Assembly (NCBI GenBank): GCA_963514005.1
Contig: OY740814.1
Location: 15,934,001 to 15,998,000 of the forward strand
Direction of reading: 5' to 3'
From: Raja brachyura
Lineage: Eukaryota
DNA: 64,000 nucleotides
Numbering within the stretch: the stretch's first letter is position 1; the number at the start of each line of letters is the position of its first letter. Both the position numbers and the translations under genes were made by a program. Below are positions 36,870-48,479 of this stretch, piece after piece. Under the pieces are notes generated by a model. It was not told the origin of the DNA, ran no database searches, and saw nothing but the letters and a program-made list of their open reading frames with translations.

Positions 36870-37340
36870 GTCATAGAGTGATACAGTATGGAAACAGGCC
36901 CTTCGGCCCACACCGGCCAACATGTACCAGCTACACTAGTCCCACCTGCCAGCATTTGATCCATATTCCTCCAAACCCGTCCTATCCATGTCCCTGTCTA
37001 ATTGCTTTTTAAATGTTGGGATAGTCCCTGCCTTAACTACCTCCTCTGGCAGCTTGTTCCATATATCCACCATCTCGTGTGCAAAAATTACCTCTCAGAT
37101 TCCTATTAAATCTTTCCCCCTTCACCTTAAACCCATGTGCTCTGGTCCTCGATTCGCCAACTCTGAGCAAGAGACTTGTATCTACCCAATCTATTCCTCT
37201 CATGAACTTATACACTTCTATAAGATCATCCCTGGTCCCCCTGCACTACAAGGAATAGAGTCCCAGCCTACTGCCTGTAAGCTCAGACCCTCTAGTCCTG
37301 GCAACATCCTCGTAAATCTTCTCTGTACCCTTTACAGCTG
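36870..37340 (-). mobile_element. CR1/HER1-type LINE 3' fragment
   Basis: YKFMRGIDWVD...VGESRTRAHGFKVKGERFNRNLRGNF and gggcctgtttcc tail. Confidence 0.8.
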
Positions 37341-37643
37341 ACAATTATTAACCACGACACACACGGCCATTCAGCCCACATGTTTGCTCCCAGAGGAACA
37401 ATCCTATCGGTCTTGTCTTTTCCTCTTCTCGTTTCCCTGTAGGTCTGCAATTCTCCCCTCTCACTTGCCTTGTGTATCAAAAACAAGTCAGGTAGACTGT
37501 CATCATGCACAAGTACGGTGTGGTACAGGTTCAATACAAAAACAGTTCGGTTTAGTTTATTCTCCCATGTACCGAGATAATGAAAAGCTTTTGTTGCGTG
37601 CTAGCCATCCAGCGGAAAGCCAATTCATGATTACAATCAAGCA

Positions 37644-37931
37644 AACACAAAAAGCTGGAGTTACTCGGCGGGTCAGGCAGCATCTCTGAAGAGAAGGAAT
37701 GAGTGACGTTTCGGTTCGAGACCCTTTTTCAGACTGATGTCAGGGGAGTGGACGGGACAGAGATAGAATCTAACTACATTTTATCTCTGTACCCCCCACA
37801 CCCGACATCAGTCTGAAGGGACCTGAAACGCCACCCATTCCTTCTCTTCAGAGATGCTGCCTGTCCCACTGAGTTGCTCCAGCATTTTGTGTCTCCATTC
37901 GATTTAAACCATCTGCAGTTCTTTCCTACAC
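37644..37931. mobile_element. Penelope-derived inverted pLTR pair
   Basis: 37644-37770 and about 37780-37895 are imperfect reverse complements. Similar pairs occur at 58817-58987, 51695-51850, 62300-62466 and 23545-23725. Confidence 0.75.
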
Positions 37932-39084
37932 ATTACAATCAAGTCATTCAGTGTACATACACATAAGGAATCTTGCTTGTAGCAGCACCACAGACAAGTA
38001 TACAAATTACACATTTAAAAATTGAAAAACCAAACCAAAAGACATTCGTTCTAAACACATTGGCATGATTTATGACAAGACAATGGAGTTTTAAAGGGGT
38101 CCTGAGGTGGAAGCTTGATTCAATGTACATTGCACGTCTGATATCTGGAACTCAGGTACAATCACTGCATTTAAGTGATATTCAGACAGGCATTTAAATA
38201 AGCAAATCCTAGAAGGTTATGGACCCAATATTGGCAAATAGGATTCATGTAGATGGGCTCGATGGTGTGATAAAGGGCCCATTTCTATACTGTACAAATA
38301 TCACACTGCGACTCAGTGCCGATCTATTTCCTCTCAATCGCAATTTATTTCTGCATTTACCTGCATTAGGCTAATCTACAATGGTGGATTAAACCTTGTA
38401 AACGAGGCAGTGGGTGAGAGGGAAACCAAAGCATAGGACGGAACCTAAGCGTTCACAGGAGGAGCATACAAACTCCACAAGGACAGCATTGGAAGCAGGG
38501 ATTAAACAGATAGCTGGAGCAGCGTGGCAGCAGCACGAAACCGCTGTGCCACACTTACAAGAAGCTCAGCATGCAGTCCCACATCATCCTGAAAAACTAA
38601 GATTGTGCCGGAGTGGGGCAACTCTGCATTCTCTTCCCACACGAGGGTCGCCCATCACCTGTTACAACCGCACTACTCTTTTAAATCTCCATTCTGTCTC
38701 TTCCCCTTTGCTCCACCTATTGTACTTACATTTGACATGATCATATTTATGTGCAGTATCATCCAATTCAATTGGGTAACATGCAAAACAAACATATTTT
38801 CACTGTACCTTGGTGCACGTGACAATAATAAACCTAAACCACCCACACAGGCCTCATGCATTCTGCACTACGTGGGAGAAGCTGACTAGAGGCACAACAT
38901 TAGCAGAGATAATGGGATTGCCACTACTCAAGGGACAAACCGGAATTGGAATTTAATCTCAGGATTCTGCCAGAGGCCAAAAACAACAACGGTAAAAGGT
39001 CATTCAGGCAAGAAGATAAAAATGTCTGTTTTTCTTAACAATGTGCCTGGAATACTTTATAATTAAAAGTTAAGACAAATCACT

Positions 39085-39355
39085 TAGTTTAGAGATATAG
39101 CATGGAACCAGGCCCTTTGGCCCAAAGAGACCATGCTGTCCATCAATTACCCATTCACACTCGTTCTCATCCACCTGCTACACTCATGCAGCAATTTGCA
39201 GAGACCAATTAGCCGACAAACCCACACATCCGAGATGTAGGAGACAAAAACCACGCTGTCACAGGAAGAACGTTCACACTCCACACAGACAGCACTCGGT
39301 CAGGATTGAACCTTGATCTCAGTCGCTGTGAGGTAGGAGCTCTACCAGTGGTTCA
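39085..39355 (-). mobile_element. HE1-like V-SINE
   Basis: Reverse-complement match to the same family. Confidence 0.72.
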
Positions 39356-41336
39356 GCCCACTGATAAGAGAATGGTTTACTTTGGAGATACAGTGAGGAA
39401 ACAGGCCCTTCGGCCCACCAAGTCTACAATGACCAGCAATCCGCACATATTAACACCATCCTACACACACACACTACCGTCCAAAGCAACTCCTTTAGTT
39501 AGCAGAATGTTGGACACAATGCATTCAACAGATTCTAGTTATTGAGCAGTTTATGCAGCAGGTAGTTAAGAGTTTCACAGGGAGACGAGACATGGAGATG
39601 ATTGCACATGATACCTCATACAAATTCCAATGCCCAGGCTCCTGTGAGCAATGATGAATGGATGAGAACAATTAGGGTCAAAGAATTCTCAAAGGATAGA
39701 ATCTCCAAAACAGGATCTCAACCCAATTTGTCATCCATTCCTTCTCTCCAGAGATGCTGCCTGTCCCGCTGAGTTACTCCAGCAATTTATGTCTATCTTT
39801 GGATAGAATCACCCAATGGATAGGGCATTCATCCCTTCCTGCCCGTTGAAAGGCCCAGACTACCCTCTCTACAATACCCACCCATTTCTAAATCAGTGCC
39901 GGAGATTTTCTTCCAACATCTTTCAGATAGTCATGACTTTGAATTGGAGATTTAGAGATTTTTCACATTTCCTCACTGCCTATAAAATGGCCATAATTTA
40001 CTGTGACCTTCGCAGACTCTGCTGCACAGTTCAATCTATCATCATCCTCTCACGGTGCTGTGGCACATGAGACACCTGCAATCTGGACTTTCTCACAAGA
40101 ATAGTACCCATTTACACACGAGCTTCAGTTCCACTTCTCTGCCTCCCTCTTTCTTGAAGCTCAGCCATCTGACAAAGCCCATGATGACCTGTGTATCGCA
40201 TGGATACATCGCTGTGTATCGTTTGCAATCATTTCCTGAAACAACAGTTCAGTTCATGGTCACGTGTATCGAGGTACAGTGAAAAGCTTTTGTTGTGTGC
40301 TAACCAGCCAGCGGAAAGACAATACGCGATTACAATCGAGGCATACCCAGTGTACAGATAAAGAAAGAAATGTTGGCTGTAGGAGTACAGATTTAAAAGG
40401 GGAGGGATTGTAGATCTGCTTCTGGCTTGCACACAAATAGTCGCCTGGGTTGGGCACCATCTTGGAAGTGTCTCTAGTGCAACTTAGATTTATATGGTAT
40501 TATCAATGTAAAATACATCGCAAGGTGCCACATGGAAGTGTGGGCAAACAGAAATTGGCACTAACCCTCCAAGTGGATGTCAGAGCAACTGACCAAATGC
40601 TCAAAGAGGTGGCCTTGATGTTGTTAGTCGAGGTGTGAATTCTAAGTAGGAGGGTGTGAGTGGTACAGAGTCACACTAGCCATGGATGAGGCAGAGGAGG
40701 ATGCAATGCCAACGGACCAATAGGAACAACCACCGCACTAAGGAAGGTGCAACTCTCAGAAATGCATCTGTGTCTGTTCAGTCCCCACAGAGCCTTTAAA
40801 ACAGAATCCCACGCCCTATTTTCTGGAACACCGATAACTCCACGGATTCCTGTTAAGTGAATTTCCTGTGCGTGGTGTTAGACCAAAGGATTTGACAGCA
40901 GAAGCAGATGGCCATCCCACACGGCCAGCCCAGTGCAACTGCGGCATTGCCTTTTCACTGGTAGACACAAACTGCTGGAGAAACTCAGTGGGACAGGCAG
41001 CATCTCTGCAGAGAAGGAATGGGTGACATTTCGGGTCGAGACCCTTCTTCAGCCTTTTCATTTTCAGGACCAAAGGAACAGTTGCAACCTCCAAACTCCA
41101 TGAGAGGAAATGTAATGAATTTGGCAGAAGGTAGCCCCTTGTGAGAATCCCACAACCCTCTGGTTCAAGAAGCTAAGAACAGGATTCAGTACCGCCTCTC
41201 AGTATATAGAATCCCTCAGCACCAAACGGGGCCATTTCAGTTCACCTTGCCCACGCTGACTGTGACACCCAGCTCCACTCATCCCATTTGCCTGCACTAA
41301 CCGCGTATCCCTCTGCATCTCTCCTATCTACCCACC

Positions 41337-41610
41337 TTTAGTTTAGTTTACAATACAGCACTGAAACAGGCTCCTTTGGCCCACCGAGTCCGCACAGACC
41401 AGCAATCACCCCGTACACTAGCACTATCCTACACGCTGGGGGCAATTTATAATAATAACCAAAGCCAATTCATCTACAAACCTGTACCTCTTTGGAATGC
41501 GGGAGAAAATGCTCACGGTCACAGGGAGAACATACAAACTCTATACAGACAGCACCCATAGTCAGGATTGAACCCAGGTCTCTAGCGCTGTAAGGAAGCA
41601 GCTCCACCAC
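41337..41610 (-). mobile_element. HE1-like V-SINE
   Basis: Reverse-complement match including the (ctaaa)n tail and B-box. Confidence 0.8.
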
Positions 41611-41627
41611 CCGTACAAATCCTTTAA

Positions 41628-41811
41628 AGGGCCGTCCCACTTTCACAACCTTTTTTTACTCGTGGCCATTTTTCATCAGGCTAGAAAAACGCCCCGACCT
41701 ACTTGATGCCACGACTAGCATCACGACCTACCTACGACCATGGTTCGAGTACGAGTCAAGGGCAAACTCGGCAAAGGTCGTGAATTAGGTCGTGAATGCG
41801 GGACAAGTTCT
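41628..41811. mobile_element. Degenerate Harbinger-type MITE
   Basis: Left end TAA|AGGGCCGTCCCACTTTCACAACCT, imperfect right TIR AGGTCGTGAATGCGGGACAAGTTCT. Confidence 0.62.
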
Positions 41812-42625
41812 ACAGCTTCTGCCCTGGGGAAACAAAAAATTGATTATGTGCAATCTTCACTTTTATGCAGCTCTGCCGAGTCACCACTTAACCTCATATG
41901 TTCTCATAAGAATAAACCCAGTTTATTCAATCTCTAGCAAATGTTTAATGGTCATATGTACCAACAACAGGACATTGAAATTCTTACTTGCAGCAGCTTA
42001 TCAGGCCCATAAACACAGTACACATAAATAATATATAATCATTTTTTAAAAGTTTAATAAATTAACAATCATACAAGTATTAAATATCCAAAGCCCTTAG
42101 TGCTTAGAACTACAGCTCTCCCATTCCATGAATTGTTCTGGTGAACCACGTCTGCAATCACTCCATTGCTACCACAACAGCCTTCCTGCAGCCTGAGCAA
42201 AACTGCACGCAATACTCCGTCCAAGCAACATTTCATACAACTGCTACACAATATTCCACTCTTAACCTCAATACATCAGCTCATGAAGCCAAGCACACCA
42301 AATGCCTTCTTCACCAACTTTACTTTATTCATCTGCTCAATCTTGTACTTCTCCTCCGTCCCAGCCTACCTCCACGTCTCTTAGGGACCAAAATGCTACT
42401 GATCACATCCTTGAGTCCACTCAACCAGTGAGTAACAACACCTCTCTGGAGAATTCCGAATATAATGACCACCCGGGTGCAGAAGTTAGAATAATAAACA
42501 AAGTGAGCAAGAGGAGGCCATTCAGCCCCTCACGTCTGCTCTGCCATTCAATACAATCATGACTGAATATCCCTCCCAATGTTATCTACCTTGCCCTTTC
42601 CCAATGCCCCTCAAGATCTTTGTAC

Positions 42626-43171
42626 TAAAATTTGTGCTTAAAATTCTGGAAAAATGCCAACAGCAAATATGTGGATTTCAACTATGTTTGAAACACTACA
42701 TCTGGAAGATATGAGACTCCGCCTGGCAGGAAAATCTGATCGTTTCTATCAGACGTGGTCTGCATTCATAGAATTGCTACAAAGATAGGGTGCAAGAATA
42801 CCTCGGGTCTTGTTAGGGGGGGGGGGGGGATGAAAAACTATTGAGTTGATAGATTCCTTTTGCATGATATATATAATATAGTAACTGGCTATTTTTTTCT
42901 TTTCTCTCTCTCTCTTATTTTCTTTTTCGTTTCTAGGGTCTATCTCTTAATCCCCTTTCTCTAATTCTTTGACCAAGGGTTCTTTTTTTCCCCTTTGGCA
43001 CGCTCTTTCACAACTCTTTTCACCTACTTTACTCTCTTTGTTTCTATTCTTTTTTCTTAAAAGCCATAAAATTATGGGGTACAATGATTGTAGCAATATA
43101 TATGTGATGCACACTGATGTATTTACCTCTATTAAATAAAAATATTTTAAAAAAAATAAAAAATAACTAAA
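42626..43171 (+). mobile_element. 5'-truncated L1/Tx1-type LINE with 13-bp TSD
   Basis: Same ORF2 end (KFWKNA...MWISTMFETLHLEDMRLRLAGKSDRFYQTWSAFIELLQR*) and A-rich tail. TSD AAGATCTTTGTAC at 42613-42625 and 43172-43184. Confidence 0.85.
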
Positions 43172-44921
43172 AAGATCTTTGTACCAGAGAAATATGTCTA
43201 GCTCCTCCGTAACTTATAATCAGCAAACTGGCCGCCACTTGTGATGGAGAATTCCACAGGCTCACTCTCTCAGATTTCTCTTCAGTTCAGTCCTAAATAA
43301 CTTACCGGTCAAACCACTCACTCTTTGCCAGCCCCTCAAACTGACAGGAGGAGGATTGACAACAAGTCATTGCTGAGGAAGTTCCACTAACAACACACCC
43401 TCTTAAAACAGGAGAGTGACACAGGTGATTCACATTGACCATACCTGGGGAAGGGTCGTCAGGTTCAGCAACTGCCTGGTATTAATCACAGGTGATTTGC
43501 TCCTGATTAGGTGCACTTTGGTTTATTTGCTGCATTGAGGGAGTCTCTTATGTAAAAGTGCCATTCTCAGGCAGCAGACTGCTTCATGCATGACACATGA
43601 GAAACCTGTAGGAATTGCCACACTGTGTTCAAATGCCCTGTCCTATGTGCATTCACCAACCTTGTTTGACCCGAGGGAGGTCCGTAAAAGTGTGAAAGGG
43701 TTTAATGCAGGGTAGATATGAGGCTTATAAAACTAGTAGCCCTAAATATCAAACAGTTACACTGAGTAAATTCAGGAGAGCTTCTAGCACTCGCAGAGTG
43801 AGGAGAATGGAGGGGGGGAAGGGAAGGAGGGGGTAGTGTGCTGATGAGTATGAGGGGGTTCAGACCCATGGGAGGAGAAGCTGGATAATGGTGGAGGGGT
43901 GGGAAATATAAACATGAGGAAGGGATGAGTGGCCTGTTTCTGTGGTGTAAATTCTATGTATTTAATCATCTTTTCCTGTCAAGGTTGGGCTTTTTTTTTT
44001 TCTCGTGCTCCTTTTCCTTTGCAGCTTTCGGGAGGATAACAAGCAGCAGGTCTTGATCCTGCCTCAGTGAGTCAGACCCCCACCTCATCCCCAGAGCTGG
44101 AGATTGTCCACATTGGACACCGGCCGGCACAAAGACACTGAGTGTGGTCCCGCTGCAGGGGAGGTGTGAGACAGACTCTATCTGCCTCCGCCTGGAGCTG
44201 CAAGAGATGTTGTTGTGAGTGGGCTGTTGGGCAACCACTCCCGGTCCCAGAACAGATAGTTATCACCCAAGCATTGCTGACACAGGTTGTCTGGACAATG
44301 TCATGTTTCTGTTGCAAGTCCTACCTCACAACTACACTCCAGAATTACTCCAGTTGGTGAAAGATGCAACAGAAACGCAAGCTCATCTGTTTGTACATCT
44401 TCACCAGATAAATACAACCCTTTGTTTGCACTGTTGGTGATTCACCAGCTGTAACCTGAAGGCATGGATCTGACAGCAGCACCTGGGATTCTTCCCTTTT
44501 GATTCTTGGCAGAACATGCACAGGCTGTTCGAACCTCGCCTCTGTGGGCAACAATCTGACCTGAATGTGCTCAGGTCCACCAGCTCTCCCTAACCCCATC
44601 AGCACAGCTTCCCTGATCCACCCCTTCACTAAACCACACACTCAATTGTGGGATTTAAACCTTGTACTAGATGAGGCTCTTAGCTTGAAGCCTGCACTCA
44701 GGTAGAATGGTGTTACCAACATATTTAACCTCCGGGGGAGATCTGCAGTGGTCATGGACAGTGACATCTTGGTTCCTGTTACTGCTGAGATCATGTAACC
44801 CTTGTGTTTGGTAATATTCATTTCATTGGGAAGAAGGTACAGGAGTTTGAAATCCATGACCTCCAGGTTCAGGAACAGCTTCTTTCCAACAACCATCAGG
44901 GTCTTGAACATTACTATCGAC

Positions 44922-45188
44922 AATAGGCAATAGGTGCAGGAGTAGGCCATTTGGTCCTTCGAACCAGCATCGCCATTCAATGTGATCATGGCTGATCATC
45001 CCCAATCAGTATCCCGTTCCTGCCTTCTCCCCATATCCCTGACTCCGCTAATTCAAGAGCTCCCCCTTGAAAGCATCCAGAGAACCTGCCTCCACCGCCC
45101 TCTGAGGCAGAGAATTCCACAGACTCACCACTCTTTGTGAGAAAAAGTGTTTCCTCGTCTCCGTTCTAAATGGCTTATACCTTATTCT
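44922..45188 (-). mobile_element. CR1-type LINE 3' fragment inserted in a Rex-type 3' end
   Basis: KPFRTETRKHFFSQRVVSLWNSLPQRAVEAGSLDAFK. The flank at 44825-44915 (+) reads GRRYRSLKSMTSRFRNSFFPTTIRVLN, a Rex1-type end. Confidence 0.75.
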
Positions 45189-45999
45189 TACAAACACAAA
45201 GTGAACTAAGAACGACAAACTGTCTTGGTTGCACAAGGGAGTATGGGATTTTGTTTTGCATTAATATTGGTTTTTTTAAAAACTTTATTCAACTTTGTTT
45301 TGTTTATTATGTTATCAATGAGTACTGAGTAATTTGTGTTTAAAGACCTGTTATGCTGCTGCAAGTGAGAATTTCATTGTTCTGTTTTTGGTACATATGA
45401 CAATGAAACACTTTGACTATAGACTGTTGATTATACTCTCATGATGGATGTACACACCAAGTGTGCCCAGACACCTCCAGGATAACACTGTCTCTGTTTT
45501 CACTGTGCAGTGCTCCAACATCACCTCCCAAGCCCGCAGCCGATACCTCCAAGGACAAGAGCAGCAGGCACACAGGAACACCACCACCATCAGCTTCCCC
45601 TCCACCTCCCGCACTCTCCATATTTCTCCACTCTGGGTCTAAATCCTGTAACTCCTTCCCCGACAGGGCTGTGGGAGTACCTTCACCACTTCAAGGCTGC
45701 GGCTCATCCCCACCTTCTCAAGGCCTGTCGGGAATGGACAATAAACACCGGTCTTGCATGCACTGCCTAGATCCTGAGAAATGAAGATACAAAGCAGTCC
45801 TGTCCAGTGTCCAGTGGGGTGTGGTAATACTGGCCGCTGGTCAACCTACTGACCGCATCTCAGAGTATTGCTGGAGGTGACAGTGTAACCTTAGTGTAAG
45901 GAACTACATCACAGATGGGGAATAAAGAAATAGCTTGCATTTATACAGAACCTTATACATCCACAGGACAAAGCAATAGCATATTTCTTGTGACATACT

Positions 46000-46483
46000 G
46001 AGTGTCATACAGCATGGAAACAGGCCCATCGACCCAACTTGTCCACACTAACTAACATGTCCCATCTGCACTAATTTCACCCTGCATTTGGCCCATACCC
46101 CTCTAACCCTATTCTGTCCATGTACCTGTCCAAATGTTCCTTAAACGTTGCGATAGTACCTGCCTCAACTACCTCCTCCAGCAGCTTGTTCCATACACCC
46201 ATCACCCTTTATGTAAAAACATTACCCTTCTGGTTCCAAATAAATCTTTCCCCTCCTCACCTTAAACCTATATTCTCTGTTTTTCAATTACAATACTCTG
46301 GGCAAGAGACTCTGTGCATTTACCCGATCTATTCCTCTCATGATTGTGTACGCTTCTATAAGATCACCTCTCATCTTCTTGCGACCAAGAATAAGTCCTA
46401 GCCTGCTCAAGTCTCTCCCGTTGACTCAGGCCGTTGAGTTCTGGCAACATCCGCGTAAGTCTTCTCTGCACCTTTCCAGCTTG
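46000..46483 (-). mobile_element. CR1/HER1-type LINE 3' fragment
   Basis: KVQRRLTRMLPELNGLS.RERL remnant; homologous to 36870-37340. Confidence 0.78.
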
Positions 46484-46768
46484 CAAGGTTGTGAGTGCTG
46501 TAATGTTAGAACTGCAGAAGATGAGTTGTAACACAGCAGACCGCATCCAAAGAAATGTGATAACGGATAGATAATCTGTACAATTGAAGATCATAAAAAC
46601 AAATCGCTGAAAATCTGACATAGGAACTGAAAGCGCTGAGAATACTCCGAGGGTCAGCCTGCGTCTGTGGAGGGTAAAACTGTATTAATATTGCAGGCTC
46701 ATGACATTCCATCAGAACCTGTTGTAATTGGGATAAAGATTGACGCCGGGAATGATTCTCCATCTTTA

Positions 46769-47363
46769 AGGGCCTGTCCCACCAGCATGCAACTCTATGC
46801 GATTAGCGCGACCTAACGTGGTCGCTTGAGCCGTCCGGCGTCGCGGGGCCGGTCCCACTTTGATCGCCGGAGCCGTGCGGAATTGTGCGGAGTTCGTCCC
46901 GAGTTCGTCCCGACACCGCGCGGGGCTCCGAAAAACCGACTATGTCCAAATATTCCGCACGGCAACGGCTTGTCGGCTCGCAGTCGCCTCGACATTTACA
47001 CACCGCCCGGACATCGTGCCTCTGTGAACCTATTTGTAAGTGCCGCCGTGACCCTCTATGTGTGTGGCTCCATGGCCCTGTGTGTGTGTGTGTGTGCGCC
47101 TCGGTGCCCCTCTCTGTGTGCCCCTCTAAGTCCTGGCGAACTTACCTTGGACTTCGCTCCAAGTTCGCCTCACTTTGCGCCGCGTTGCGCTACTCACCCG
47201 ACCTCCGCGCGGCCCCTGCTGCAGGTTTAGCTGCGCTTGCCGCATGCAGGCGCATGCTGGTGGGAACGGCCCTGAACAGGGGATCACCCGACCTCCGCGC
47301 GGCCCCCGCTGCCGGTTTGATCGCGTTCATCGCATAGAGTTGCATGCTGGTGGGACAGGCCCT
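46769..47363. mobile_element. PIF/Harbinger-type MITE with TTA TSD
   Basis: TIR AGGGCCTGTCCCACCAGCATGCAACTCTATGCGA / TCGCATAGAGTTGCATGCTGGTGGGACAGGCCCT, with TTA on both sides (46766-46768 and 47364-47366). Confidence 0.87.
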
Positions 47364-48451
47364 TTACTCAATACTCCAAGTCCCCAGGAGTATTTTCACG
47401 TCCTCAGCTTAATGCAACATCTGAAAGGTTCAATCAGCACCGCCCCTCCACTCAATATTCCCCCTCTGACACTGTAACACTCACTCAGTGCCCAGGGCAT
47501 TCTCACACAGCTCTCATGTCTAGACTGTGGTACTCATGAAATCTGGTATTTGCAGCCAGCACTGAGAGCATTCATATATCTGCAAAACAAATTATTATTT
47601 TTGTTTCTTAAAAAATTTTAGGAAAACGTTTTAGTACTTTTCATGAAATCCCTCTTTCTGTTCTTTCACTTATTTGATCACACTCCAGAACGTGAGAGGA
47701 GAAATTTAACTGGATCGATTTCATTTCCATGTTAAAACATTTACCAAACGTCAAGCTTGCTTGATGTTGTGCCAGATATTCCTGAAAGCTTCTCCTGAAG
47801 TCGGCACGGTTTCCGTCGGGGGTTGATCAGGGAAAAGCAGTGGTCGAGTGAGGCAGAGCAGATTGCATCGCCATTGCTCAGTATGCAGACGGTGCATGTG
47901 GAAAGCCTTCACAAATGGTCCCTTAAGAACTGTGTCAATGTGAACAAGATCGCTTTTCCAGGAGTGGATGTGTAAAGACTCAAATGCTTGCCTGTGCGGT
48001 GCGGGGCGTTTTGGAATTGCAAACTTTCCTTGCTCCCAATACAGCAAACCCTCACAGCCTCCTGCCATTTAAATTCCTCAGCAGCTTCACCCTAGGTATC
48101 TCCGTAACCCCCTGCAGGTCTCTGTGCTCTTCTACCCCTGGCCTTCTGATCATCCCTCAATGTGATAAGATCGCCGTTGGCAACCCTGGCCCCAGTTGCT
48201 GAGGTCTCAAGCTCAGAAACTGCCCCTCCACCCCTCCATAATTCTTTCCCACACATTTTGACATTCTTTCAAACGTGTCACTTTGTACAAACCACTTGTC
48301 ACCTGTCCTGGTGTCTCTGCAGCCAATCTCAGTTTTATCCAAATATCTTCCAGTGAAGCACATTGAAACATTTTATTACAATAAGAGGGTACACAAAATG
48401 CTGGAGAAACTCAGCAGGTGCAGCAGCATCTATGGAGCGAAGGAGATAGGC

Positions 48452-48479
48452 AACGTTTCGGGCCGAAACCCTTCTTCAG
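48452..48479 (-). ncRNA. Minimal type I hammerhead ribozyme core in a Penelope pLTR (predicted)
   Basis: Minus strand reads CTGAAGA-A-GGGTTTCGGCCC-GAAAC-GTT. Other copies with intact cores are at 58218-58245 (+), 41025-41052 (-) and 53750-53777 (-). Confidence 0.6.

Noticed and set aside
46803-47477. Cluster of 60-150 aa ORFs
   Set aside because: They lie mostly within a GC-rich non-autonomous MITE and show no transposase or other motifs.
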